Part shown: in pieces, positions 19,203-28,743 of the stretch | Numbering within the stretch: the first letter of the stretch is position 1 | Layout of the letters: every line of letters starts with the position of its first letter | Assembly: GCA_963716255.1 (NCBI GenBank) | Contig: OY970303.1 | Location: 3,104,001-3,168,000, forward strand | DNA length: 64,000 nt | DNA from: an uncultured Gemmatimonadales bacterium | GTDB lineage: Bacteria > Gemmatimonadota > Gemmatimonadetes > Longimicrobiales > Longimicrobiaceae | Reading direction: 5' to 3' | Made by a program: the position numbers and the translations under genes | The notes under the pieces: generated by a model | Database searches by the model: none | The model's input: only the letters and a program-made list of their open reading frames with translations | What the model was told of the DNA's origin: nothing

Positions 19203-20236
19203 CAGTCCTTCCCGGTTGGGTAGCGTTCGTTTTCGGCATCAGCGATCTCGCGGCAGATCGCTGTGTCATCGACTAATCCACCAGAGAAGATTTGATTCCA
19301 ACGAAGAGCCCTCCGGAGCCCGGGCGCCTGCGTGAGCGCAGCAACAGCAGCAAGCACCGTCTCAGCCGGCATGAATGCGACTGGTGCTTGGAACTCTGCG
19401 TTGAATCGTGCAGACAGTGCAAGAAGAGTCTCAGGGCCCTGCTGGAAGGTTGAGGATACAAGGACCGCCGCAGCGATTCGGTTGTGCTCTCCCTGCCGGA
19501 CACGCTGTCGCACGACATACTCACCGAGTGGTCGCATCTCTGGCCAGCCAGCGCTAAATCCCTTTCCCCCCGCTGCCTTCGCATCGATCACGAGAAGCTC
19601 CGAGCGCGGTAATGGAGCGATCATGTCACTCACCGTCTGGCCACGTCGATTCCCGCCGAGCCGTTGAACATGTCGACCCAGGATGAATTCGAATGCGTCA
19701 GCGACCGCTTCCTCGAAATAGCGCCACGCCTCGCCTGCTATCTCAGTGGGGAGCTCGTTTCGAGCGAGAGTTACGAACTGTCCAGGGAAATCATCGGAAA
19801 GCGCTCGCCAACTTGGTACTGCACCACCGAGAATGTCTAGGAATTCGGTCCAGCCGAGTTGATTGCCCACGCCCAATTGGCCGACAAGTACCAGGGACCG
19901 GGCATCTTGGCGGGCTGCCGCCGCAAGCCGGAACTGAACCTCCTCTGGAAATTCATCTGTATCGGTGATTGCGATGCGGTACCGAATCACCGCGCCGAGT
20001 TGCCCCACCCGGTCACAATCGATTTCTATGTGCTGCCCGTGCCGCGTCGCACCTGCCACATTGTAGCCAGCGAAGAGAAGCGTGCGAGTAGCGATCGCTA
20101 CCCAGGCATTCTCACGCTTTCTGGTAAGCGGCGGCATTGACAAGTGTTCGGAATCCATGATTGAGGGCAACGCGTTGCCACGTGGGACGTGGCGCACCTT
20201 GTCGAACTCTTGCGTCAACCGCCTCAGGGTGGTCAC
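19202..20236 (-). CDS. restriction-endonuclease-like (Mrr-type PD-(D/E)xK) protein; start uncertain
   Basis: C-terminal FEEAVADAF...SDMI...LVIDAKA fits E..D..(D/E)xK; TGATG coupling to qatB-like gene. Confidence 0.68.
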   Translation of the reverse strand: MTTLRRLTQEFDKVRHVPRGNALPSIMDSEHLSMPPLTRKRENAWVAIATRTLLFAGYNVAGATRHGQHIEIDCDRVGQLGAVIRYRIAITDTDEFPEEVQFRLAAAARQDARSLVLVGQLGVGNQLGWTEFLDILGGAVPSWRALSDDFPGQFVTLARNELPTEIAGEAWRYFEEAVADAFEFILGRHVQRLGGNRRGQTVSDMIAPLPRSELLVIDAKAAGGKGFSAGWPEMRPLGEYVVRQRVRQGEHNRIAAAVLVSSTFQQGPETLLALSARFNAEFQAPVAFMPAETVLAAVAALTQAPGLRRALRWNQIFSGGLVDDTAICREIADAENERYPTGKD

Positions 20237-20333
20237 GCCTTCACGATTCCGGCACAGCGACTACCTCAAAGCACTTCAGAGTGCCTAATCTGAAGTGAAA
20301 CCGAAGCGCATGCAACAAGATCAGACTTTCACC

Positions 20334-20376
20334 AATAAACAACATGTGCCCGGTTCACAGGGATACCAGGCACATG
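20334..20376 (-). terminator. probable intrinsic terminator downstream of dnaN
   Basis: CATGTGCC..GGT/ACC..GGCACATG hairpin followed by TTGTTTATT on minus strand. Confidence 0.45.
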
Positions 20377-20477
20377 AGTTCCTTTCCCTCGCTCGGACTC
20401 CAATACTTAGGCGGTGTACTCGCTGTTTTTGTTCTACACTAGTCAAATATCCAGGTGCACAACAGTAATTGAGCGAC

Positions 20478-21587
20478 TCAGCTCAGCAGCCGCAGCGGCA
20501 TCACCAGGCACATGTAGTCCGGCGTGTCCTCGTTCCCCACCGGCTGCATCGTCGCCGCCCGCTCCGGCGCCTTGAAGGTCATCTTCACCTCGTCCGTCGG
20601 CATGTAGCGCATCAGCTCCAGCAGGTACTGCGCGTTGAAGCCGATCTCCAGCGGGTCCCCGTCGTACTCCACCGGCAGCTCCTCAGACGCCTCCCCAAGG
20701 TCCGGCGTCTGCACCGAGAACTTCATCATGGGCCCGCCCAGCGACATGCGGATCCGGTGCGTCTGGTCGCTCGCCACGATGGCCATGCGGCGCACGGCGG
20801 AGTTCAGCGCCGCCTTATCCACCACCATGGTCTTGTCGTTGTCCTTGGGGATCACCTGCTCGTAGTTGGGATACGGCCCCTCGATCAGGCGCGTGAACAC
20901 CTGCACCGAGTCCGTGCGGAACCCCAGGTGGTTCTCCGATCGAGCCACCTCCACGGCCTCCTCCGGGCCGAACAGCTTCTGCACCTGTCCCAGGGCCTTG
21001 GGGTGCACGATCAGGTCTCCAGCGGCCGCGTGGGTGTCTCCGTCGATGGGCAGCGTCATCTTCGCCAGGCGGTGGCCGTTGGTCGCCACCATCCGCATCT
21101 CCTGCTCGCCCAGCTGCCAGAGCACCCCGTTCAGGATGGGACGCGTCTCCTCCGTGCTCGCCGCGAAGCTCACGTGCGAGATCAGCCGGGCCAGGTCGCG
21201 CCCGGTCAGGCGCCACGTTTCCTCGAAGGCCACCTTGGGGAACGCCGGGAACTCGTCGCGCGGCAGGCCGTTCAGCCGGAAGCGCGAGCGGCCGCTGGCG
21301 ATGGTGATGGTGTCCCCCTGCGTGGAGATCTCCACCGAGCCGGGGAGCTCACGCGCGATCTCCTGGAGCTTCTTCGCCGGCGCCGTGATCGCCCCGGGCT
21401 CCGCCACCTCCGCCGGAATGCGCACCGCCACCGCGGTGTCCAGGTCCGTCCCGCTCAGCCGGACCGCGTCGCCTTCCGCCTCCAGGAGGATGTTCGCCAG
21501 CACCGGGAGCGTGGTGCGGGTCGGGATGCTCCCGGCCACCGCGCCCAGCCCCTGCTGAAGGTTCTCACGCGTGATCGTGAATTTCAT
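20478..21587 (-). CDS. dnaN: DNA polymerase III beta sliding clamp
   Basis: LPVLANILL, RPILNGV, ATNGHRL, LIEGPYP, GFNAQYL, LVMPLRL. Confidence 0.98.
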   Translation of the reverse strand: MKFTITRENLQQGLGAVAGSIPTRTTLPVLANILLEAEGDAVRLSGTDLDTAVAVRIPAEVAEPGAITAPAKKLQEIARELPGSVEISTQGDTITIASGRSRFRLNGLPRDEFPAFPKVAFEETWRLTGRDLARLISHVSFAASTEETRPILNGVLWQLGEQEMRMVATNGHRLAKMTLPIDGDTHAAAGDLIVHPKALGQVQKLFGPEEAVEVARSENHLGFRTDSVQVFTRLIEGPYPNYEQVIPKDNDKTMVVDKAALNSAVRRMAIVASDQTHRIRMSLGGPMMKFSVQTPDLGEASEELPVEYDGDPLEIGFNAQYLLELMRYMPTDEVKMTFKAPERAATMQPVGNEDTPDYMCLVMPLRLLS

Positions 21588-21644
21588 CGATGTCCCCAGA
21601 CTCTGGAGTTTGACGGTTGTCCACCGGGAAGCCGTACTTCCAAC

Positions 21645-21870
21645 GTGAAGATATTTAAACCAGTATCAGTAGTAGAGGGCGTGGACGCGTGGAAAGACAT
21701 CCTCCGGCCCCCCGCAACCCATTGCCGCGAAACCACCTGCGGCCCCTCCGCCCCCTGTGGACGGAGCTGTGGACAACCTGCGTTCTCCCCACGGTGTCCA
21801 CGTTCCACCCCCCTTCCCCCGGATCTCCACACGCTGTCCACACCCGTTCCACGAGCGTTTCCACACGCCC
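21645..21870. other. probable oriC unwinding region (AT-rich tract, DnaA-trio-like repeats, degenerate DnaA boxes)
   Basis: AAGATATTTAAA, CAG-TAT-CAG-TAG-TAG, AGGGC, two GTGGA boxes, then TGTGGACAA and several TCCAC(A) boxes in dnaA-dnaN gap. Confidence 0.8.
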
Positions 21871-21939
21871 GCAACCGGTCGGTCACCGCCGTGCAACGGT
21901 CCCCGCCGGCGCGCTTCGAGACCGCTCCTCGAAGCCGCA

Positions 21940-23340
21940 TCAGCGCAGCGCCGCGCGCAGGCCGTCCACGCGCTCGCGGAACACCGGGTCCGTCGACATG
22001 TCCTCCTCCACCTTGGCGATGGAGTGGATCACCGTGGAGTGGTCGCGCCCCCCGAACAGCTTGCCGATCTCCACCAGCTGCAGGTCGAAGAGGTCCTTGA
22101 TCAGGTACATCGCCACCTGGCGGGGCACCGTCAGGTCCTTGGTGCGCTTCTTGGACTGCAGCGCATCCGTGGTCACCCCCCACGCCGCCGCCACCCGCTG
22201 GCGCACCACGTCCGGGGTGATCCCGCCGCCCTCGCTGCGGCCGTCGTGGCCGCCGCCGCCCAGCACCTCGCGCGCGAACTCCACGCTGATCTCGCGGCGG
22301 TACAGCGAGGAGTGCGCGAACAGCTTGGTCACCGCGCCCTCCAGCTCCCGCACCGACGAGGTGCGCGTCTGAGCGATGTAGGTCAGCACCTCGTCCGCGT
22401 CCGCCATCTGCAGGCCCTCCTCCTCCATCTTCTTGCGGAGGATCGCCATGCGCGTCTCGAAGTCGGGCGGCTTGATGTCCGCCACCAGCCCCCACTCGAA
22501 GCGCGAGATCAGGCGGTCCTCCAGCCCGATCTCCTTGGGCGGCCGGTCCGAGGTGAGGACGATCTGCTTCTGCGCGTCGTGCAGCGCGTTGAAGGTGTGG
22601 AAGAACTCCTCCTGCGTGCGCTCCTTGCCCTCCAGGAACTGGATGTCGTCCACCAGCAACAGGTCCATCTGCCGGTACTGGCGGCGGAACTCCGCCATGG
22701 ATCCCTCCTGGATGGCGCTCACCAGCTCGTTGGTGAAGCGCTCCGACGACAGGTACATCACCCGCTTCCCCGGGTCGCGCGCCAGCATGGCGTGGCCGAT
22801 GGCGTGCATCAGGTGCGTCTTTCCCAGCCCCACCCCACCATAGATGAAGAGCGGGTTGTACATGCGCGCCGGCGCCTCGGCCACCGCGTGCGCGGCCGCC
22901 GAGGCGAGCTGGTTGTTGTTGCCGACGACGAAGCGGTCGAAGGTGTAGCGCTCGTTCAGCGGCGACAGCCCGGGCGCGGGGCGCGGCTCCGGGGCCGAAG
23001 CCGCGTAGTCCACCGGGTACGCGCGCGCGGGAGCGGACGCCGGCGCCTGGGCCGGCGCCGCGCTGGGGGGAAGCACCTGCGCGCGCCCGTTCCCCTGCAC
23101 CTGCACCGACAGCGTGAAGCGCCGGTCGAAGAGCTGCTCGCCGATGGCCGAGAGCAGTTCCCCGTACTTGTCCTCCACCCAGTCCGCGGCGAAGCGGTTG
23201 GGCGCGGAGACCACCAGGAGGTCCTGCGAGATCGCGACGGCCTCGGTGCGGGCCAGCCAGGTACGGAACGCCTGCTCCGGGAGCGCCGTGCGGGCACTGT
23301 CCAGGATTCGCGACCAGACCTCGTCGGCGGTAAGCTCCAT
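21940..23340 (-). CDS. dnaA: chromosomal replication initiator DnaA
   Basis: YNPLFIYGGVGLGKTHL, LLVDDIQF, QEEFFHTFN, GGRDHSTV. Confidence 0.99.
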   Translation of the reverse strand: MELTADEVWSRILDSARTALPEQAFRTWLARTEAVAISQDLLVVSAPNRFAADWVEDKYGELLSAIGEQLFDRRFTLSVQVQGNGRAQVLPPSAAPAQAPASAPARAYPVDYAASAPEPRPAPGLSPLNERYTFDRFVVGNNNQLASAAAHAVAEAPARMYNPLFIYGGVGLGKTHLMHAIGHAMLARDPGKRVMYLSSERFTNELVSAIQEGSMAEFRRQYRQMDLLLVDDIQFLEGKERTQEEFFHTFNALHDAQKQIVLTSDRPPKEIGLEDRLISRFEWGLVADIKPPDFETRMAILRKKMEEEGLQMADADEVLTYIAQTRTSSVRELEGAVTKLFAHSSLYRREISVEFAREVLGGGGHDGRSEGGGITPDVVRQRVAAAWGVTTDALQSKKRTKDLTVPRQVAMYLIKDLFDLQLVEIGKLFGGRDHSTVIHSIAKVEEDMSTDPVFRERVDGLRAALR

Positions 23341-23519
23341 CGTGCTTGTCGGGGGGCACAGCGTTCGGGAACGGGCAACGGGGCGCAACCTAGAAACCCC
23401 ATGTGGAAAAGTCAAGGAAGGGGCGCCGTTGCTGGAACTTCGCCGCTTTCGGCCGGCGTTCGGTAAGGCTCTCCGGGCCGGATTTCCACACGTTTTTTGG
23501 GCGAGGTTAGGCAGGGTTC

Positions 23520-23649
23520 GGGCGTGCCCCCCGCGGGGCGCGGGGGTCGGGCTTCGGCTCCGTAGCAGACGAAACGACCATCTGCAACGGAGTCGAGCCC
23601 CGCGAAACGGCCCGCGGGTCTCGCCCCTCCGGGCCGGAATCCCTCACGC
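23520..23649. repeat. ~130-nt structured dispersed repeat, copy 2 (dnaA-rpmH intergenic)
   Basis: Same conserved blocks as copy 1 with altered stems. Confidence 0.9.
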
Positions 23650-23735
23650 AACCGGGGGTGCGCTCCACCCTCCAGCCGGAGTCGGTCGGCAGCTGCAGGC
23701 TGTCCCCTGTAACCTGCTACCCTGTTCCCTCGCAG

Positions 23736-23764
23736 TTGACGTACCCCTCCGCCTGGGCTAGATT
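23736..23764 (+). promoter_or_regulatory. sigma70-type promoter for rpmH operon
   Basis: TTGACG-17 bp-TAGATT upstream of rpmH. Confidence 0.7.
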
Positions 23765-23810
23765 AACGGTCTTTGCCGCACCACAACGGAAATTCGCGCA
23801 GGATACCGCT

Positions 23811-23960
23811 ATGAAGCCTTCATACCGTCCGCGTAACCGCAAGCGGATCAACAAGCACGGGTTTCGGGCCCGGATGGCCACCAAGGGTGGCCGCGAGGTC
23901 CTCAACTCGCGCCGCAGGAAGGGGCGCCACAAGCTGGTCGTCACGGTGCCCAAGAAGTAG
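23811..23960 (+). CDS. rpmH: 50S ribosomal protein L34
   Basis: [28 protein letters not shown]. Confidence 0.98.
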   Translation: MKPSYRPRNRKRINKHGFRARMATKGGREVLNSRRRKGRHKLVVTVPKK

Positions 23961-23982
23961 TCCGCGTCCGCCCTCCGCGCAC

Positions 23983-24402
23983 ATGGCGGAAGGTGGAGAC
24001 CCGGGCGCCGCGGCGCCCGCGGAAAGCGGTGGGGAGCCCGGCGGGTTCGGGCTGCCCCGCGCGGCGAGGATCACCGGGTCCGAGGAGATCCGGGGGCTGT
24101 TCAGACGGGGGAAGAGGAGACGGACGCGTCACCTGGATGCGTTCTTCACCGCTTCCCCCGCCGCGCATCCCCGCCTGGGCGTGGTGGTCCCCAAGCACAA
24201 GCGGCGCATCGTGGAGCGCAACCGGCTCAAGCGCCGGCTGCGCGAGATCGGGCGCGCCCTGGTCCTCCCCGCGCTGCGCGGCGCCCCGGTCCCGCTGGAC
24301 CTGATGCTGCGCGCCCGGCCCGAGGCGTACGGCGCGTCCTTCGCGGAGCTGCGCGACGAGCTCCGCGCCCTGGCGGAGGAGCTGTGCTCGCGCGCGCCCT
24401 GA
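23983..24402 (+). CDS. rnpA: ribonuclease P protein component
   Basis: [20 protein letters not shown]; synteny. Confidence 0.92.
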   Translation: MAEGGDPGAAAPAESGGEPGGFGLPRAARITGSEEIRGLFRRGKRRRTRHLDAFFTASPAAHPRLGVVVPKHKRRIVERNRLKRRLREIGRALVLPALRGAPVPLDLMLRARPEAYGASFAELRDELRALAEELCSRAP

Positions 24403-24596
24403 TCTCGGCCATCCGCTTCTACCAGAAGGGGATCTCGCCGCTCACCCCGGCCTCGTGCCGCTTCCACCCCAGCTGCTCGCAGTACGGGCTGGAGGCGGTG
24501 CAGCGCTACGGCGCGGCGCGGGGGAGCTGGCTCACGGTGCGGCGCCTGGCCCGCTGCCACCCTTTCTGCAAGGGCGGGTACGACCCGGTGCCCTGA
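24384..24596 (+). CDS. yidD: membrane protein insertion efficiency factor YidD
   Basis: [22 protein letters not shown]. Confidence 0.95.
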   Translation: MLARALISAIRFYQKGISPLTPASCRFHPSCSQYGLEAVQRYGAARGSWLTVRRLARCHPFCKGGYDPVP

Positions 24597-24787
24597 ACGG
24601 ACGGAACAGAGAAGGGAACAGCCTGCCGGCGTCGCGCCGTTCGTCGGCTGTTCCCTTTTCCCTTGGGTGGTGCTACCGCGGAGCGGGGTGGATCCCCCCT
24701 CCCGCCCCGAAACCGAAACCGAGGACCCGGCGGCGCCGTACTCCCGGAGACCGAGCCGCACGGGCCTTCCCCGCATAGACCGAGTCG

Positions 24788-26530
24788 ATGGAAAAGCGAG
24801 TCCTGATCATGGTGCTCCTGATGACCGCCGTCATCATGGCCACCAACCTCCTGGCCCCCAAGCGGCAGGAGCCTCCCGCCGCGCGGGCGGACAGCGCCGT
24901 CGCCGCGGCCCCGGCCGCGGCGTCCCTTCCGGACGCGCCCGTGCTCCCGGCCGGCGTGACGCAGGTGCCGGCGCAGCAGGTCGTCGTCAGCTCCCCGCTG
25001 TACCGGTACACCTTCTCCACCCGCGGTGCGTCGCTGGTGGGTGCCCGCATGCTCCGCTTCGCCTCCGCGCAGCAGCAGGGGCAGCCGGTGGACCTGGTGC
25101 CCGAGGGCACCACGGGGATGCTGGCGCACCGCCTGGTGGTGGGCCGGGACACCGTGGACCTGCGCGGCCTCCCCTTCCAGGCCAGCGCCGCCCGGCTGGA
25201 TCTCGCCGAGGGCGGCCGGCCGCAGCAGCTGCGCTTCACCTACGGCGGGCAGGGCGGCCTGGGGGTGGAGGTGGTCTACACCTTCCGCCCCGGCGACTAC
25301 CTGGTGGACGTGTCGGGCCGCGTCACCGGCGCCCCCGCGGGAGCGCGTCTCCTCACCGGGCTGGGGACCGGGCTCGCCACCCACGAGGCCGCGCCCGACC
25401 GCTTCGTCAACGACCTGGCCGTGGTCGCGCTCGCCGAGGACGGCGTGGACGTCCTCCCCTTCCGCAAGGTCGAGGGTAGCCAGTCGCTGCAGGGGCCGCT
25501 CACCTGGGCCGGGGTCAAGGACAAGTACTTTCTCGCCGCCCTGATCGCCGGCGAGCGCCCCGCCTTCGCGGAGCTGACGCTGCGCCAGCTCCCCCAGCGG
25601 CGCATTGTCGTCGGGCGGGGGGAGGACACCTCCACGGTGCTCCTGCCGCGCGCCGAGGCCCAGGTTGCCCAGACGCTCGGGGAGGGCGGCACGTTCGGCT
25701 ACGGCGCGTACCTGGGGCCGCAGGAGCACAACCGCCTGGCGGCCGTGGGGTACGACCTGGACGAGGTGAACCCCTACGGGTACCGCTGGCTGCGCCCCGT
25801 GGTGCGCCCCATCGCCGCGGCCGCGCTCTGGGCCATGCGCGAGCTGCACGACACGCTGGGCGTTTCCTACGGCTGGGTGCTCATCATCATCGGAGTGCTG
25901 GTCAAGCTCCTGCTGTGGCCGCTGAACGCAAAGGCCATGCGGGCGCAGATGAAGAACATGGCGGTGCAGCCGCTGGTGCAGGAGATCCAGACCAAGTACA
26001 AGAACGACCCGCAGAAGCAGCAGGAGGAGATGATCCGGCTGTACAAGGAGCACGGGTTCAACCCGGTGGCGGGGTGCCTGCCGCTGCTGATCCCCATGCC
26101 CATCTTCATCACCCTGTACTTCGTCTTCCAGAGCGCCATCGAGTTCCGCGGGGTGCCGTTCGCGTGGCTCCCGGACCTGTCGCAGGCGGACCCGTACCAC
26201 ATCGTGCCCATCCTGTTCATCGGGTCCACCTTCATCCTCCAGTGGATCAGCACCAAGCTGAGCGGGATGGAGACGAACCCGCAGATGAAGATGATGATGT
26301 ACGTGATGCCGGTGATGATGGGCGTGTTCTTCTTCAAGCTGGCCTCGGGGCTCAACCTGTACTACACGGCCAGCAACCTGGCCGGGCTCCCGCAGCAGGT
26401 GCTGATCGCCCGCGAGCGCAAACGCGCCACCGAGGAGATGAAGGCCAAGAAGGCCGAGGAGGAAGCCGCCGCGCGCAGGGCGGCCGGGCCCACGCCTCCG
26501 GCCACGCGGCAGCAGAAGCGGCGCAAGTAG
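24788..26530 (+). CDS. yidC: membrane protein insertase YidC
   Basis: YGWVLII, NPVAGCLPLLI, WLPDLSQADP, GLNLYY. Confidence 0.97.
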   Translation: MEKRVLIMVLLMTAVIMATNLLAPKRQEPPAARADSAVAAAPAAASLPDAPVLPAGVTQVPAQQVVVSSPLYRYTFSTRGASLVGARMLRFASAQQQGQPVDLVPEGTTGMLAHRLVVGRDTVDLRGLPFQASAARLDLAEGGRPQQLRFTYGGQGGLGVEVVYTFRPGDYLVDVSGRVTGAPAGARLLTGLGTGLATHEAAPDRFVNDLAVVALAEDGVDVLPFRKVEGSQSLQGPLTWAGVKDKYFLAALIAGERPAFAELTLRQLPQRRIVVGRGEDTSTVLLPRAEAQVAQTLGEGGTFGYGAYLGPQEHNRLAAVGYDLDEVNPYGYRWLRPVVRPIAAAALWAMRELHDTLGVSYGWVLIIIGVLVKLLLWPLNAKAMRAQMKNMAVQPLVQEIQTKYKNDPQKQQEEMIRLYKEHGFNPVAGCLPLLIPMPIFITLYFVFQSAIEFRGVPFAWLPDLSQADPYHIVPILFIGSTFILQWISTKLSGMETNPQMKMMMYVMPVMMGVFFFKLASGLNLYYTASNLAGLPQQVLIARERKRATEEMKAKKAEEEAAARRAAGPTPPATRQQKRRK

Positions 26531-26553
26531 CCGCCCGCCGTCGCCGCACCACG

Positions 26554-26591
26554 CGCGAAAGCCCGCCCCCCTCCGGGGGCGGGCTTTCGCG
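26554..26591. terminator. bidirectional terminator-like hairpin between convergent genes
   Basis: 17-bp perfect inverted repeat CGCGAAAGCCCGCCCCC/GGGGGCGGGCTTTCGCG. Confidence 0.75.
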
Positions 26592-26614
26592 TATCCGGGT
26601 GCGGCGAGCCGCCG

Positions 26615-28546
26615 TCAGTGGTGGTGTGCGGTGGCCTCCTTGCGCACCTGGATGCGGCGCGTCGGCGCGGCCGTGGCCGAATCCACCGCCAGGAGCTGCA
26701 TCATCCCGCGCTCCTCGTGCCCCAGGATGTGGCAGTGCATCACGTACTGTCCGGTGAAGTCGGCGTAGCGCTGCCGGATGATCACGTAGCCGGGATTTCC
26801 CGTCGGGTCGTTGGCGTCGGGGAGCGGCAGCGCGACCACGTCCAGCCACACCGGCGCCCGGTTGGTGGCGGCCGCGGCGTTGAGCTCCGCGTAGAGGGCG
26901 GCGTTGGGGTCCGCGGCGCCCTGCGGGTACACCACCTGGATCACCTGGAAGGGGTTGATGTGGATGTGGAAGGGATGGTTGGTCGCCAGGCTCTGGTTCA
27001 CCACCTTCCACGTCTGCACCGAGTCCAGCTGCATGGGGAGCGGCGCTCCGCCCGCGTTCTCGGGCACGTACACGCTCTCGCTGAACTTCTGGTTCGGCTC
27101 TTGGACGGTGCCGATGAAGAAGCGCGTCGGGTCCGTCTGCGACTGGTTGCCGAAGGCAGAATCCGCGAACACGATCACCGGCATCCCGGCCGTGTCGATG
27201 GAGTCCGGGTTCATGGGGCCCGGCAGGTTGTCCAGGAAGGCCGGGAGCGGCGGGAGCGCGTCCGGGAGCGTGGAGGCAGCCGGCCCGTCGACGATCTGCA
27301 CGTAGAAGAGCGGCTGCGGGGCCGAGGTGGCGGACAGGCGCCCGCGTCCACCGCCACCCCCTCCACTCCCTCCGCCGCTTCCCGCCTTGCGGGTACCGTC
27401 GAGGGGGGTAAGGTGCGCCACGGGGACGGCGTGTACCTGGAAGATCCCCTTGTTGGCAGGCGCCTGCACGAACACGTCCAGGCGGTTCCCGGGGGCCATG
27501 AGGACGCTGGTGTCCGCGGCCGGGCGCCCGCCCGGGGCGCTGTAGTTGGCCGGCGCGTACTGCACGCCGTCGCGGGCGATGTCGTACAGCGTGGGCTCCG
27601 CGCCCGTCGAGTCCGCGAAGGAGATGCGGAAGTTGTTGGACTTGGTGATGTTCTCGTTGACGATGCGCCACCGCTGCACCTCGCCCTGGCGCATCACGAT
27701 GGTCGGGGTGAGCTGGCCGTTCACCAGCGTCGGGGGGACGCTCGTCGGCGACGTCGCGGGCCTGAGCAGGTTGACGGTGGTGTCCACTTGCTGCAGCGCC
27801 ACCATGTGCTCCCGGATCCCGTGCCGCCGGGTGAGTGCGTCCAGCCCTCCGCCCTCCACCAGGAAGGCCCCGGACATGCCGTTGGTCACCTGAAGGGCCA
27901 CCGAGCCGTGCTTGTGCGGGTGGTACCAGTGCGTCCCCGGCGACTGGTTCAGGGGGATGCGGAACGCGTACTGGAAGGTGTCTCCCGGCGCGATCTGGAG
28001 GAGGACGTCGTCGCCCAGGCTGTCCGGCGTGACGTGGAAGCCGTGGTAGTGGATGTTGGTCCACTCCGAGCCGTGGAAGCAGTCCAGGTAGGTGTCCACC
28101 GAGTCCGCGGCGGCGGGGTAGTCCACGCACGCGTCGTTCGTGCCCACCGGAGGCTTCACCAGGCCGTTGACCAGCTTCAGGTGCACCGAGTCGCCCGGGC
28201 TCACCCGGAAGGTGGGGCCGGGAAAGCCCACGACCCCGGAGTCGGCGTACGACACGCCGTTGGCCGCCAGGAGCTGGTAGGTGCGCAGCGGCAGGGGCTG
28301 GGCGTGGCCGGGCACCGGCAGCGTCGCCCAGACCGCCGCCAGCGTGACGTCCAGCACGCCTCCCGGGCCGGTCCGCACCGTGAACGGCTCGGTCAGCGTG
28401 TCGACGGCGAGCGGCTGCGGAGCCGGCGTGGTGGGCAGCTCGATCCCCGGCAGGGTGGGCGCGCAGCCCCACGCGAGCAGGGCGAGTGCGGCGATGGGGG
28501 CGAGCCGCGGCGTTCGCCGGGCTCCGGGCGTGGCGTGAATGTCCAT
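26615..28546 (-). CDS. multicopper oxidase, predicted lipoprotein
   Basis: HYHG, WYHPH, HPFHIH, HCHILGHEERGMM copper motifs; lipobox LAWGC. Confidence 0.92.
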   Translation of the reverse strand: MDIHATPGARRTPRLAPIAALALLAWGCAPTLPGIELPTTPAPQPLAVDTLTEPFTVRTGPGGVLDVTLAAVWATLPVPGHAQPLPLRTYQLLAANGVSYADSGVVGFPGPTFRVSPGDSVHLKLVNGLVKPPVGTNDACVDYPAAADSVDTYLDCFHGSEWTNIHYHGFHVTPDSLGDDVLLQIAPGDTFQYAFRIPLNQSPGTHWYHPHKHGSVALQVTNGMSGAFLVEGGGLDALTRRHGIREHMVALQQVDTTVNLLRPATSPTSVPPTLVNGQLTPTIVMRQGEVQRWRIVNENITKSNNFRISFADSTGAEPTLYDIARDGVQYAPANYSAPGGRPAADTSVLMAPGNRLDVFVQAPANKGIFQVHAVPVAHLTPLDGTRKAGSGGGSGGGGGGRGRLSATSAPQPLFYVQIVDGPAASTLPDALPPLPAFLDNLPGPMNPDSIDTAGMPVIVFADSAFGNQSQTDPTRFFIGTVQEPNQKFSESVYVPENAGGAPLPMQLDSVQTWKVVNQSLATNHPFHIHINPFQVIQVVYPQGAADPNAALYAELNAAAATNRAPVWLDVVALPLPDANDPTGNPGYVIIRQRYADFTGQYVMHCHILGHEERGMMQLLAVDSATAAPTRRIQVRKEATAHHH

Positions 28547-28743
28547 TCGTGGCCCTCCAGGGGCGCAGGGGATGGATGGGGGTGGCGGGCCGGGCGGCAC
28601 CCGCCGGGAGGAGGACTTCGGCTGCGGTTGGAAAGTGAAGTGTGACAGGATATCTGCGGCCACGCGCGGCCGCAATCCTGCCGGGGCACAGCCCGCATCG
28701 TCCCGGGGTTGCTCGGGGGCCGGTGCTCCCCCATTCTCCGCCC

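Noticed and set aside
20365..20514. 12-bp direct repeat ACCAGGCACATG (20365 and within the dnaN 3' end at 20503) as an att site
   Set aside because: Both copies are on the same side of the island and I found no copy at the far boundary; may be chance.
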